Assembly: GCA_963837465.1 (NCBI GenBank)
Contig: CAWINB010000004.1
Location: 724,393-788,392 of the forward strand
DNA length: 64,000 bases
Reading direction: 5' to 3'
Source: Candidatus Doudnabacteria bacterium
GTDB lineage: Bacteria > Patescibacteriota > Doudnabacteria > UBA920
Shown: positions 28,928 to 38,422 of the stretch, piece after piece
Layout of the letters: every line of letters starts with the position of its first letter
How positions within the stretch are numbered: the first letter of the stretch is position 1
The notes under the pieces: generated by a model
Seen by the model: the letters and a program-made list of their open reading frames with translations, nothing else
Database searches by the model: none
Told to the model about the DNA's origin: nothing
Translations under genes and position numbers: made by a program

Positions 28928-29257
28928 TTGTCAAACAAGTTTATGAAAAAAGGCTCAAAAAAAGAACTGGAAATTAGCGCGAAAGATCTAAAAACCATTT
29001 TTGGCAAAGACTATAAAAAATTCCAGACAAAAATACTCACCAACTGTTTTTGTATGAACTGCGCAGATAAAAAAGCAAACGCAACAATAATAAACTATAA
29101 AATAATCCTCAACCCCCTAAACGACCTAACCCTCCTCGGCTCCTGCAAAACCTGCGGCTCCAGAATTAACCGATATGTGGAGACTGGGGAAGTGAAGGGG
29201 TATGCGGGAAGGATTAAAAAAATAAGAAAAACATATGACGACTCTGGAAAAAATTAA
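28928..29257 (+). CDS. hypothetical zinc-ribbon protein
   Basis: Contains CFCMNC...CKTCG. It is translationally coupled to downstream ORFs. Confidence 0.4.
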   Translation: MSNKFMKKGSKKELEISAKDLKTIFGKDYKKFQTKILTNCFCMNCADKKANATIINYKIILNPLNDLTLLGSCKTCGSRINRYVETGEVKGYAGRIKKIRKTYDDSGKN

Positions 29258-29552
29258 TCTATGGCAGGCCATATTTACCGGTGTGGCAGTTTTGGTTGCC
29301 GGTGTTGCAACTTATTTGGCTTATAAAATTGGCAAAAAACAGAATAAAATAAATGAGATTGCTTTAAGTATTACCAATTTTGTAGAAATATTTTTGATGC
29401 CGCAACAGGTAATTCTAGAAAATGAACTTAAAGAAAGAATTATCAAATGGAGCATTCTTAATAAAAAATGTCAGCTCTTATCCAATATACTTAAACGAAT
29501 ACAGTCTCAACGGGCTGAAAAATCACGTGGGGAGCAGTGCGATACCAAATGA
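29235..29552 (+). CDS. hypothetical single-TM protein
   Basis: TM helix AIFTGVAVLVAGVATYLAY. Its 3' part overlaps the next ORF in another frame (possible frameshift or overlap). Confidence 0.3.
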   Translation: MTTLEKINLWQAIFTGVAVLVAGVATYLAYKIGKKQNKINEIALSITNFVEIFLMPQQVILENELKERIIKWSILNKKCQLLSNILKRIQSQRAEKSRGEQCDTK

Positions 29553-29724
29553 TTTAGACAGTTGGTATACGGTCCCAATCCCCGAAGATGTACAAACTAA
29601 AGGCGAATTTTCTTTGATCGTTGAATTTGAAGACTACTTGGGTAAAAAATACAAGGCGGAAGGTTTTGGAATTTTTAGAGGCACAGGCTGGGAAATAAAA
29701 TCCAAAAAGAGAATTGAAATATGA
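29422..29724 (+). CDS. hypothetical protein
   Basis: 100 aa, ending 3 bp into hsdS. Confidence 0.3.
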   Translation: MNLKKELSNGAFLIKNVSSYPIYLNEYSLNGLKNHVGSSAIPNDLDSWYTVPIPEDVQTKGEFSLIVEFEDYLGKKYKAEGFGIFRGTGWEIKSKKRIEI

Positions 29725-30980
29725 AACAAATCACTACAAAATTCAAACAAACCGAAATCGGCCTTGTTCCGGAAGAATGGGATGTTTTAAAGGTGTCTGA
29801 TGTTGCAGTGGTGGATGAAGAAGTTATTTCAAAAAATGATAATTTTAGCGAAATTCAGTACTTGGACGTTGCGGCAACAGATCAAGGACAGGTACTAGAA
29901 GTTCAAAAACTAAATCTAGCAGATGCTCCAAGTCGTGCCAAAAGAAAAGTCAAAGACAATGACATTTTAATATCCACAGTAAGGCCAAATTTAAAACATT
30001 ATACTTTTATTAAAAAAGCGCCAAATAATCTAGTGGCTTCTACTGGTTATGCGGTAATAAGTTCAAAAAAAGCAGATCCAAGATATTTATATTACGCTTT
30101 AACAACAGAAGAATTTACAGAATTTCTTGGAAGAATTGCGGATAGCCATACTTCGACTTATCCAGCAATTAATCCAGATGTGATCGAAAACGCTTTAATA
30201 GCAGTACCATCAATAACCGAACAAAAACAAATCGCGGAGATTCTTTGTTCTTTGGACGACAAAATAGAACTGAACCGCAGAATGAATAAAACTTTAGAAG
30301 CAATCGGACAGGCAATTTTTAAACGGTGGTTTGTGGATTTTGAATTCCCAAACGAACAAAGCAAACCTTACAAATCGTCGGGTGGGGAAATGGTAGAAAG
30401 CGAATTGGGTGAAATTCCGAAAAATTGGAATGTTGGAAAGCTAAGTGATATTGCTAATATAATTATGGGCCAATCGCCAAAATCTAAATATTATAATAGC
30501 AATAAAGAAGGTTTGCCGTTTTATCAAGGCGCAACGGATTTTGGAGATCGTTTTCCTACTGAGCGTGTCTATTGCATAAAAAATAGCAGGGTTGCAGAAG
30601 AAAATGATATATTGATGAGTGTTCGCGCTCCTGTAGGGAGAATTAATGTTGCAAACGGCAAACTATCCTTAGGAAGAGGAGTTTGCGCAATGCGCAGCAA
30701 AATTGGAAGTCAGTCACATTTATTGTATTTATTAAAAGTGTTTTTCCATACAGAAGATATTATAGGCGATGGCTCAGTTTTTGCTTCTGTAGCGCGCGAT
30801 GAGCTTTCAAAAATACCGGTTATAGTACCCCCACAAGAGATTGTTAATTTATTTGAAAGAATTACCGGGCAGACGGATAGACAATATGAACTACTAGCAA
30901 AAGAGAATACTAACTTATCCCAAATCCGAGACTCGCTTTTGCCTCGGTTGATGAGTGGAAAAATTAGAGTAATTATATGA
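29721..30980 (+). CDS. hsdS: type I restriction-modification system specificity subunit (two target-recognition domains)
   Basis: Duplicated TRD architecture with conserved spacer helices and a C-terminal ...LPRLMSGKIRV. Confidence 0.85.
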   Translation: MKQITTKFKQTEIGLVPEEWDVLKVSDVAVVDEEVISKNDNFSEIQYLDVAATDQGQVLEVQKLNLADAPSRAKRKVKDNDILISTVRPNLKHYTFIKKAPNNLVASTGYAVISSKKADPRYLYYALTTEEFTEFLGRIADSHTSTYPAINPDVIENALIAVPSITEQKQIAEILCSLDDKIELNRRMNKTLEAIGQAIFKRWFVDFEFPNEQSKPYKSSGGEMVESELGEIPKNWNVGKLSDIANIIMGQSPKSKYYNSNKEGLPFYQGATDFGDRFPTERVYCIKNSRVAEENDILMSVRAPVGRINVANGKLSLGRGVCAMRSKIGSQSHLLYLLKVFFHTEDIIGDGSVFASVARDELSKIPVIVPPQEIVNLFERITGQTDRQYELLAKENTNLSQIRDSLLPRLMSGKIRVII

Positions 30981-31732
30981 TTAGACTTGTTGTGAATTTA
31001 ACATTTTTAGAAAAAATTAAATCTGGGGATTTTCTGACTTTTTTTGCGGTTGTCCTCGCATATCTTGCTTATTCAAAATCAATAAATGATAAATATGAAT
31101 CTTGGCGGTCATTGCTTTTATCTCTCAAGGCTGATTTAGAAAGCCAATCTGCATGGCTGTCTTCTGAATATAAAGAAGAAACTTATAAAGATAAGACTGC
31201 TTTTTCTCCTAGAAAAATTATTTTCCCCCTCTCGTTTAAATCGTTAGAAGAAATAATAAGTCGTGGCGCTAGCGATTTTAATTTTTCGGAAAAATTTATA
31301 AAAAATATTTCAATTTTTGATGAAAGAATAGAAACATTTAACAAGCTCCTTGAACAGCAGAGGCTGAATGTAACTGCAAATCCTGTATTAACACATAATT
31401 TGGTAGAAATTTTGGATTCAAATGGGGCTTGTGATTGCGCCACAACTTATGATAATTTTTTTCAATCTATTGAGAATATGAAGGTTTCTCAGCCGGATTG
31501 TTATGCTTTAGCCAAAAGAATACACTCAATTAATAGGATTATACATATCAACATCATATCAAACGAGGACGACGAAAGCGGCCTGCACTATCTATACAAA
31601 TATTTGTTAAATGAAGTACAAAATAAGCTTTCTAATCTAGAAAAATCTAAGCCGTGGCATTTAAGGTATAAATGGCCGCTATTGATTCTTGGATGCGTTT
31701 TGTTTATTCTTATTGAATCGTTACTAAAATAA
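30977..31732 (+). CDS. hypothetical membrane protein (TM helices at both ends) embedded between hsdS and hsdR
   Basis: 251 aa. It overlaps the hsdS stop by 4 bp and ends 4 bp before hsdR. Confidence 0.45.
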   Translation: MIRLVVNLTFLEKIKSGDFLTFFAVVLAYLAYSKSINDKYESWRSLLLSLKADLESQSAWLSSEYKEETYKDKTAFSPRKIIFPLSFKSLEEIISRGASDFNFSEKFIKNISIFDERIETFNKLLEQQRLNVTANPVLTHNLVEILDSNGACDCATTYDNFFQSIENMKVSQPDCYALAKRIHSINRIIHINIISNEDDESGLHYLYKYLLNEVQNKLSNLEKSKPWHLRYKWPLLILGCVLFILIESLLK

Positions 31733-31735
31733 TAT

Positions 31736-34700
31736 ATGTCAACTTACAAATATACCGAATCAGATTTTGAAGAAGCAACATTGGAATGGCTCCAAGAGCT
31801 TGGTTTTAATATTGCTTTTGGGCCGGATTTAGCGCCGGAGGGGGAGAGTGCGGAGAGGGAAAGTTATGGGGATGTGGTTTTGGTGGGGAGGCTTAGGGCG
31901 GCTGTTGAACGGATTAATCCTGGGGTGCCGGAAGCGGCTAGGAATGATGCTGTGGAGAAGGTTTTGGGTTTGCCCTGGATGAAGCCGAACTTGATGGGGG
32001 TGAATGAGATTTTCCATAAATGGTTGGCGGAAGGGGTGGATGTTACGGTAAAGGAGAAGGATGGTTTTGTGCGGGGAGATAAAGTTTATTTAATAGATGA
32101 GAAAAATTTAAAGAATAACGACTGGTTAGCGGTTAACCAGTTTACGGTTATAGAAAATAACAATAATCGGCGCCCGGATGTTGTGGCTTTTGTGAATGGG
32201 TTGCCGCTGGCAGTTTTTGAGTTAAAAAATCCGGCTAATCCGAATGCTCCAATTGGGGATGCTTTTAACCAGATTCAGACTTACAAAAAAGAAATTCCAT
32301 CTTTATTTGCTTATAACGAACTGTGCGTAATTAGCGACGGAGTGGAAGCTAAGCTCGGCAGCTTTGGCGCGGATTTGGATAGGTTTATGAAGTGGCGGAC
32401 AATAAACGGCGGAGACGTAGAGCCAAAGTCGCGGCCGGAAATGGAAGTTTTGCTTCGCGGGGTGTTTGAAAAACAAAGATTTTTGGATATCGTTAAAAAC
32501 TTTATAGTTTTTGAGGCAACGGAAAAAGAAACCATAAAAAAACTGGCAGCTTACCACCAGTATTATGCCGTGAACAAGGCCCTGCAAAAAACCGTGGAAG
32601 CTACAGCCGAAAATGGCGACAGGCGTTGCGGTGTGGTTTGGCACACACAAGGGTCGGGGAAAAGCTTGAGTATGGTATTTTATGCCGGAAAAGTTATTCA
32701 GACTTTAAACAATCCAACTATAGTTGTGCTAACTGACAGGAATGACTTAGACGGCCAATTGTTTGATGTGTTCGGCAAGTGCAAAGAGCTGCTGCGTCAA
32801 ACCCCGGTGCAGGCGGAAAGCAGGGCGAATTTAAAGGACTTGTTAAAAGTCGCTTCCGGGGGCGTAGTGTTTACAACTATCCAGAAATTTTTTCCGGATA
32901 ACAACGCGCAACAACATCCATTACTTTCTGACAGAAAAAACATTGTAGTAATCGCGGACGAAGCGCACAGAAGCCAGTACGACTTCATAGACGGCTTTGC
33001 CCGGCATACGCGCGACGCTTTGCCCAATGCCAGCTTTATTGGCTTTACCGGCACGCCCATTGAACACACCGACGCCAATACCCGCGCCGTGTTTGGTGAA
33101 TATATAGACATTTACGATATTGCCCGCGCGGTGGAAGACCATGCCACCGTGCCAATTTACTACGAGGCCCGTTTGGCCAAAATAGATTTACCGCCATCGG
33201 AAAAGCCAAAAATAGACAGCGAGTTTGAAGAAATAACCGAAGGCGAAGAAACAGAAAAGGTAGAAAAACTAAAAAGCAAATGGGCGCGGTTTGAAGCTAT
33301 GATTGGCGCGGAAAAAAGAATTCAGCTGATAGCCAAAGACATTGTAGAGCATTTTGAAAACCGTTTGGGAGTTATAGACGGCAAGGGAATGGTTGTTGCC
33401 ATGAGCAGGCGGATTGCTGTTGAGCTGTACGAAGAAATCATCAAACTAAGGCCTCAGTGGGCAACTGCCGACGACCAAACCGGCTTTTTAAAAGTAGTTA
33501 TAACCGGTTCCGCGGCGGACCCGGCAAACTTTCAGCCGCATATTCGCGCCAAACCCGAGCGGGAAAAAATGGGCGACAGAATGCGCGACCCAAAAAACGA
33601 ATTAAAATTGGTAATTGTGCGCGATATGTGGCTAACGGGTTTTGACGTGCCCAGCATGCACACCATGTACATAGACAAACCTATGAAAGGCCACGGCCTT
33701 ATGCAGGCCATTGCCCGAGTCAACAGAATTTACAAAGACAAACAAGGCGGCTTGGTAGTGGATTATTTAGGAATTGCCCAGCAGCTTAAAGAAGCAATGG
33801 CAGATTATACCGACAGCGAGCGCGAAGCGCCAACTATACCGCAGGAAGAAGCGGTAAGTATACTGCTGGAAAAGTATGAAGTCATAAAAGGCTTATTCCA
33901 CGGCTTTGATTACTCCAAATATTTTACCGGCACTAAAGCCAGTCAAAACCAGGTTATGGTTGCGGCGGTGGATTTTATCTTAAAGCCGCAAGATGGCAAA
34001 AAAAGATTTCTGCAGTCCGCGCGGGAACTGTCTTTTGCTTTTTCGCTTTCCGTTCCAAATGATCAGGCTTTAAAAATTCGCGACCAGGTTGCTTTTTTCC
34101 AGGCCGTACGCGGCTATTTGATTAAACTGGAAAGCGGCGGCGGTCTCGGCGGCCCCACGCGGCACGATTACGACATGGCCATTAAACAAATAGTGGCCAA
34201 TGCCATAACCTCCACCGAAGTTATAGACGTTTTTACCGTGGCCGGTTTAAAACGTCCGGACATTTCTATCTTATCCGACGAATTTTTGGAAGAAGTAAAA
34301 AATCTCGAACACAAAAATTTGGCTTTGGAACTTTTAAAGAAACTCCTCAACAACGAAATTCTAACTTTGCAGAAAAAGCATTTGGTAAAATCACGCCTAT
34401 TTTCCCAAATGCTGGAGGAAACATTAAGGAAATATCAAAACCAAACTATAGAATCCGCGCAGGTTATTGCCGAACTCATTGAGCTGGCCAAAAAAATTCG
34501 TGCCGACCAGAACAGGGGAGTGGATTTAAAGCTTTCCGATGACGAAGTTGCTTTTTATGACGCCCTGGCTGATAATGAAAGCGCGCAGGAATTAGGGGAC
34601 GAAACCCTAAAACAAATTGCCCGGGAGCTGGTCCAATTATTGCGGAAAAATACCACCATAGACTGGACGCTTAAAGAAAGCATTCAGGCAAAGCTTAGGG

Positions 34701-34873
34701 TGATGGTCAAAAAACTTTTACGCAAATACCAATATCCTCCAGACAAGCAGGAAAGCGCTGCGAAGTTGGTTTTGGAACAAGCGGAAATTTTATGCAAAGA
34801 TTGGGACGGAGAAGAATTGCCAAAATACAGCTATCATTTTGTGAAAGAAGAAAGAGCTCTTTATAACTCATAA
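31736..34873 (+). CDS. hsdR: type I restriction enzyme R subunit
   Basis: SF2 helicase motifs ([23 protein letters not shown]), an N-terminal nuclease domain, and 1045 aa in total. Confidence 0.9.
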   Translation: MSTYKYTESDFEEATLEWLQELGFNIAFGPDLAPEGESAERESYGDVVLVGRLRAAVERINPGVPEAARNDAVEKVLGLPWMKPNLMGVNEIFHKWLAEGVDVTVKEKDGFVRGDKVYLIDEKNLKNNDWLAVNQFTVIENNNNRRPDVVAFVNGLPLAVFELKNPANPNAPIGDAFNQIQTYKKEIPSLFAYNELCVISDGVEAKLGSFGADLDRFMKWRTINGGDVEPKSRPEMEVLLRGVFEKQRFLDIVKNFIVFEATEKETIKKLAAYHQYYAVNKALQKTVEATAENGDRRCGVVWHTQGSGKSLSMVFYAGKVIQTLNNPTIVVLTDRNDLDGQLFDVFGKCKELLRQTPVQAESRANLKDLLKVASGGVVFTTIQKFFPDNNAQQHPLLSDRKNIVVIADEAHRSQYDFIDGFARHTRDALPNASFIGFTGTPIEHTDANTRAVFGEYIDIYDIARAVEDHATVPIYYEARLAKIDLPPSEKPKIDSEFEEITEGEETEKVEKLKSKWARFEAMIGAEKRIQLIAKDIVEHFENRLGVIDGKGMVVAMSRRIAVELYEEIIKLRPQWATADDQTGFLKVVITGSAADPANFQPHIRAKPEREKMGDRMRDPKNELKLVIVRDMWLTGFDVPSMHTMYIDKPMKGHGLMQAIARVNRIYKDKQGGLVVDYLGIAQQLKEAMADYTDSEREAPTIPQEEAVSILLEKYEVIKGLFHGFDYSKYFTGTKASQNQVMVAAVDFILKPQDGKKRFLQSARELSFAFSLSVPNDQALKIRDQVAFFQAVRGYLIKLESGGGLGGPTRHDYDMAIKQIVANAITSTEVIDVFTVAGLKRPDISILSDEFLEEVKNLEHKNLALELLKKLLNNEILTLQKKHLVKSRLFSQMLEETLRKYQNQTIESAQVIAELIELAKKIRADQNRGVDLKLSDDEVAFYDALADNESAQELGDETLKQIARELVQLLRKNTTIDWTLKESIQAKLRVMVKKLLRKYQYPPDKQESAAKLVLEQAEILCKDWDGEELPKYSYHFVKEERALYNS

Positions 34874-34880
34874 ATAGCTT

Positions 34881-35144
34881 ATGAACAAATACGAGCGTAT
34901 TCCCGAATATGTTTTAGATCTTCACGGGTTTACTACCAGGGAGGCTAAGGAGGTTTTGGATGATATTGTAGAGGAGGGTAGGTTTAGGCATATCCGGGTT
35001 ATTACCGGCAAAGGGACTTTTCGGGAGACCGGGCCGGTGATGAGGAATTTTGTGGAGGGGTATTTGAGGCGGCACGAAATTAGGTTTGAGACGGCTAAGC
35101 TTTATAATGGCGGCGATGGCGCGCTTGAAGTTTACTTTGAATAA
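34881..35144 (+). CDS. Smr-domain protein
   Basis: LDLHGFTTREAKEVL...IRVITGKG. Confidence 0.55.
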   Translation: MNKYERIPEYVLDLHGFTTREAKEVLDDIVEEGRFRHIRVITGKGTFRETGPVMRNFVEGYLRRHEIRFETAKLYNGGDGALEVYFE

Positions 35145-35157
35145 TCGGAATATTTTT

Positions 35158-35352
35158 ATGAACGGACAAAACAGGGAAGATGTACGAATTGGCCTGACTG
35201 TGGATATTGCGCTTAAGCAGGATCAGGGAAGCGGAAAATTAACCCGTGGTATTATAGCGGACATTTTAACCAACTCCGGTTTTCATCCGCATGGAATTAA
35301 AGTAAGGCTGGAGGGCGGCGAGGTCGGCAGGATCCAAAATATTTTAAAGTAA
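35158..35352 (+). CDS. YwbE-family small protein
   Basis: MNGQNREDVRIGLTVDIALKQDQGSGKLTRGII...HPHGIKVRL matches the YwbE signature. Confidence 0.55.
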   Translation: MNGQNREDVRIGLTVDIALKQDQGSGKLTRGIIADILTNSGFHPHGIKVRLEGGEVGRIQNILK

Positions 35353-35354
35353 TT

Positions 35355-36599
35355 ATGGAAACAAAAATAATTCAAACCAAGGTTTGTATAGCCGGCGGGG
35401 GACCGGCCGGAGTTTGCTTAGGCTATCTTTTGGCGCGGGCGGGGATTGAAGTTGTGGTTTTGGAAAAATGGCCGGATTTTTTTAGGGATTTTCGGGGCGA
35501 TACTATCCATCCGTCTACAATGGAAGTTTTGGGGGAGCTGGGGCTTTTGGAGGAGTTTTTAAAGCTGCCGCATAATGAAGTGAAAAAGATATTTGGCATT
35601 ATCGGCGGCCAGGAAGTACAGATGGCGGACTTTACGCATTTAAAAGTCCGTTGTCCTTTTGTGGCGCTGATCCCGCAGTGGGATTTTTTAAATTTTATCG
35701 CAGGGCATGGGCGGAAGTATCCTCAGTTTAAGCTGATGATGGAAACAGAGGCCGTGGATATTATAGATGAAAACGGAATAATCGTCGGCGCGCGCGCGAA
35801 ATCCAAAACCGGGGAGCTGGAAATTCGGGCGGAATTGGTGGTTGGCGCCGACGGTCGGCATTCCATAGTGCGGGAAAAAAGCGGACTTGCCGCCAGGGAG
35901 CTTGGCGTACCCATAGATGTTTTGTGGTTTAAGCTCACCCGGCTGGCATCGGATCCTGAGCAATCCATGGGAAACGCGGACCGCGGCAGGCTTATGGTAA
36001 TGCTGGACAGGGGCGATTATTGGCAATGCGCGTTCGTGATTAAAAAAGGCGCACTCGGAGAATTTAAAAATTCGGGTTTGCGGGCTTTTCGCCGGGATGT
36101 GGAAAAGTTGGTGCCGTTTTTGGCCGGCCGTATGGAAGAAATTAAAGATTGGGACCAGGTTAAATTGCTCAGCGTAACCGTGGACCATTTGCAAAAATGG
36201 TACAAACCGGGACTGGTTTGCATTGGTGACTCGGCGCACGCTATGTCGCCGATTGGGGGAGTCGGGATTAACCTGGCCATTCAGGACGCGGTGGCGGCCG
36301 CTAATATTTTAATTCCAAAATTTAAGCAGGGAAGCGTTGAATCAAAAGATTTGGCTGCCATACAAAAACGCCGGCAAAGCCCGACGCTCAAAACCCAAAA
36401 GCTGCAGTTGTTTTTGCAAAATCATATTATCAGCAGAGTTTTGGATTCCGAGCGGCATATAAATCTACCCCTGTTTTTCAGGATCCTCCGGCGTTTTCCT
36501 TACTTAACCCGTTTTCCTGCCCGGGCTTTGGGCCTGGGATTTCGCGCTGAACACGTCAATTATTTAAGTTATTACGCGGGGGCGGAAAAACCATTATGA
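35355..36599 (+). CDS. FAD-dependent (group A flavin) monooxygenase
   Basis: N-terminal GGGPAGVCLGYLLARAG Rossmann motif, plus DGRHSIVRE and GDSAHAMSPIGG motifs. Confidence 0.7.
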   Translation: METKIIQTKVCIAGGGPAGVCLGYLLARAGIEVVVLEKWPDFFRDFRGDTIHPSTMEVLGELGLLEEFLKLPHNEVKKIFGIIGGQEVQMADFTHLKVRCPFVALIPQWDFLNFIAGHGRKYPQFKLMMETEAVDIIDENGIIVGARAKSKTGELEIRAELVVGADGRHSIVREKSGLAARELGVPIDVLWFKLTRLASDPEQSMGNADRGRLMVMLDRGDYWQCAFVIKKGALGEFKNSGLRAFRRDVEKLVPFLAGRMEEIKDWDQVKLLSVTVDHLQKWYKPGLVCIGDSAHAMSPIGGVGINLAIQDAVAAANILIPKFKQGSVESKDLAAIQKRRQSPTLKTQKLQLFLQNHIISRVLDSERHINLPLFFRILRRFPYLTRFPARALGLGFRAEHVNYLSYYAGAEKPL

Positions 36600-37366
36600 A
36601 AAAACCAACAACTTCCTGGGGCAAAGTAGCCGGGTGGTATGACAAACTTTTGGAAGATAATAGTGAAAGTTACCAGGAAAAATTAATTAAGCCCAATTTA
36701 TTGCGGATGTTGGGTATTAAGCCCGGGCAGCAGGTTTTGGATGTGGGCTGCGGCCAGGGGTTTTTTGGGCGGGCCATGGCGGCGGAGGGTGCTGTAGTAG
36801 TGGGTATAGATGTAGCGGGCGAACTTGTAAAAATAGCCAAGGGCAACGCCGGCGGAAATGAAACTTATTTAACAATGTCGGCGGAAAAAATGAGCGGCCT
36901 TGTGGCCGGGCGGTTTGACGCGGCTGTTTGCGTGCTGGCTTTGCAGAACATTAAAAATTTTCAGGCCGCGATTTTGGAAATCGCCCGTGTGTTAAAAAAA
37001 GGCGGACGGTGCCTGCTTGTGCTGAACCATCCGGCGTTTAGGGTACCCACGGCTTCTTCCTGGGGTTATGACCAAGGCAAAAATATCCAATACCGCCGCG
37101 TGGATAAATATTTGTCCGAAATTGCCCAGGCGGTTGATATGACGCAGGGCGAAAAAAACCCAAAAAACAAAAAATTTACGTATTCTTTCCATCGGCCGCT
37201 GCAGCTGCATTTTAAAACTTTTGCCAAGGCCGGTTTTTGCGTCCTTCGCTTGGAGGAGTGGACCTCCCACAAAACCAGCGACAAAGGACCCCGTAAAATC
37301 GCGGAAGACATGGCTCGCTATGAGATACCATTGTTCATGGCTTTGGAATTAAGCAAGATATTTTAA
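36596..37366 (+). CDS. class I SAM-dependent methyltransferase
   Basis: VLDVGCGQGFFG motif I. It overlaps the monooxygenase stop by 4 bp. Confidence 0.7.
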   Translation: MKKPTTSWGKVAGWYDKLLEDNSESYQEKLIKPNLLRMLGIKPGQQVLDVGCGQGFFGRAMAAEGAVVVGIDVAGELVKIAKGNAGGNETYLTMSAEKMSGLVAGRFDAAVCVLALQNIKNFQAAILEIARVLKKGGRCLLVLNHPAFRVPTASSWGYDQGKNIQYRRVDKYLSEIAQAVDMTQGEKNPKNKKFTYSFHRPLQLHFKTFAKAGFCVLRLEEWTSHKTSDKGPRKIAEDMARYEIPLFMALELSKIF

Positions 37367-37459
37367 AAAGTTACTTATATATAAGTAGTTTTCTGTGGAT
37401 AACTTATGAGAAATATATAAATAAAGCAGTAAATACGGCATTTTACAAAAAGTGAACGA

Positions 37460-38164
37460 ATGTTCATAATTAAAGCAGGGTTCATTATTAATGCCGAGAA
37501 AATGTCTATTCCGAATCTTCATAAAATTGAACAGCCCCGCGAACGTCTGCAAAAATACGGTATGGGCAGATTATCCAATCCACAGCTTTTGGCTGTTATG
37601 CTGGGTAGCGGCGTAAAGGGGAAAAATGTTCTGGATTTGTCCGCGGGAATTTTCAGGCAGTTTAAGGACAACAGGCTGGCCAATGCCAGCTTGCCGGAGC
37701 TGGAAAAAGTCTACGGGCTTGGGCCGGCCAAGGCTTGTGAAATTGTGGCATGCTTTGAGCTCGGCAGGCGCCTGCTTAAAGACAAACAGGTGCAGTTGCT
37801 GCTTTCGCCCCGGGAAGTATGGCAGCAGCTGTCCGACATCCGCGCCAGTAAAAAAGAACACTTCGTGGTTTTTTTCTTGGACACGCAAAGTCAGCTGGTT
37901 AAAAGGGAAATAATCACCATAGGCACTCTTAATTCCAGTTTAATTCATCCACGGGAAATTTTTGAGCCGGCTATTAAGCATTTGGCTTCCCATATTATTA
38001 TTGCCCATAACCATCCATCCGGCAGTCTTGAGCCGAGTCCGGAGGACATTAGCGTCACCAAAAGGCTGGCCGATATAGGACGGCTCCTGGATATGGAAGT
38101 TATGGATCATGTTATCGTTACTTTAAAAGGTTATGTCAGTTTTAAGGAAAAGAATTTGCTGTAA
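37460..38164 (+). CDS. radC: RadC-like JAB-domain protein
   Basis: HNHPSGSLEPSPEDI (JAMM motif) and an N-terminal HhH region. An alternative start is at 37505. Confidence 0.8.
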   Translation: MFIIKAGFIINAEKMSIPNLHKIEQPRERLQKYGMGRLSNPQLLAVMLGSGVKGKNVLDLSAGIFRQFKDNRLANASLPELEKVYGLGPAKACEIVACFELGRRLLKDKQVQLLLSPREVWQQLSDIRASKKEHFVVFFLDTQSQLVKREIITIGTLNSSLIHPREIFEPAIKHLASHIIIAHNHPSGSLEPSPEDISVTKRLADIGRLLDMEVMDHVIVTLKGYVSFKEKNLL

Positions 38165-38191
38165 GTTGTAATTGAAATCTGTTTTAAAAAT

Positions 38192-38413
38192 ATGCAGAAT
38201 GTATTTACCAAAAATTTTCGCGTCCAGATTTGGTTTGACGCGCCGCCTGACAAAATTTTGCTGGGAACAATATCGCTTTGCGCCCAGGATGAGGAATCGG
38301 CCATGAGGCTGGCCCGCGCGCACACCAGTTATTGTCAGTCCGGAACCGATAACATAAACTGGACACTGGAAGAACGGGGCAGGCTCTATATATGTTTGGG
38401 CAAAGCGGTTTAA
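38192..38413 (+). CDS. small hypothetical protein, paralogue of 23040..23237
   Basis: See 23040..23237. Confidence 0.5.
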   Translation: MQNVFTKNFRVQIWFDAPPDKILLGTISLCAQDEESAMRLARAHTSYCQSGTDNINWTLEERGRLYICLGKAV

Positions 38414-38422
38414 AATTAATTA

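Noticed and set aside
35688-36239. 183-aa minus-strand ORF inside the FAD monooxygenase gene; also 54476..55039 (-) inside GH1, 56598..57158 (-) inside the GH5-like gene, 15910..16416 (+) inside recombinase 1, 45398..45865 (-) inside the macB ATPase, 6081..6440 (-), 40794..41204 (-), 41720..42124 (-), 47187..47525 (-)
   Set aside because: All are antisense shadows of well-supported genes with no conserved motifs.
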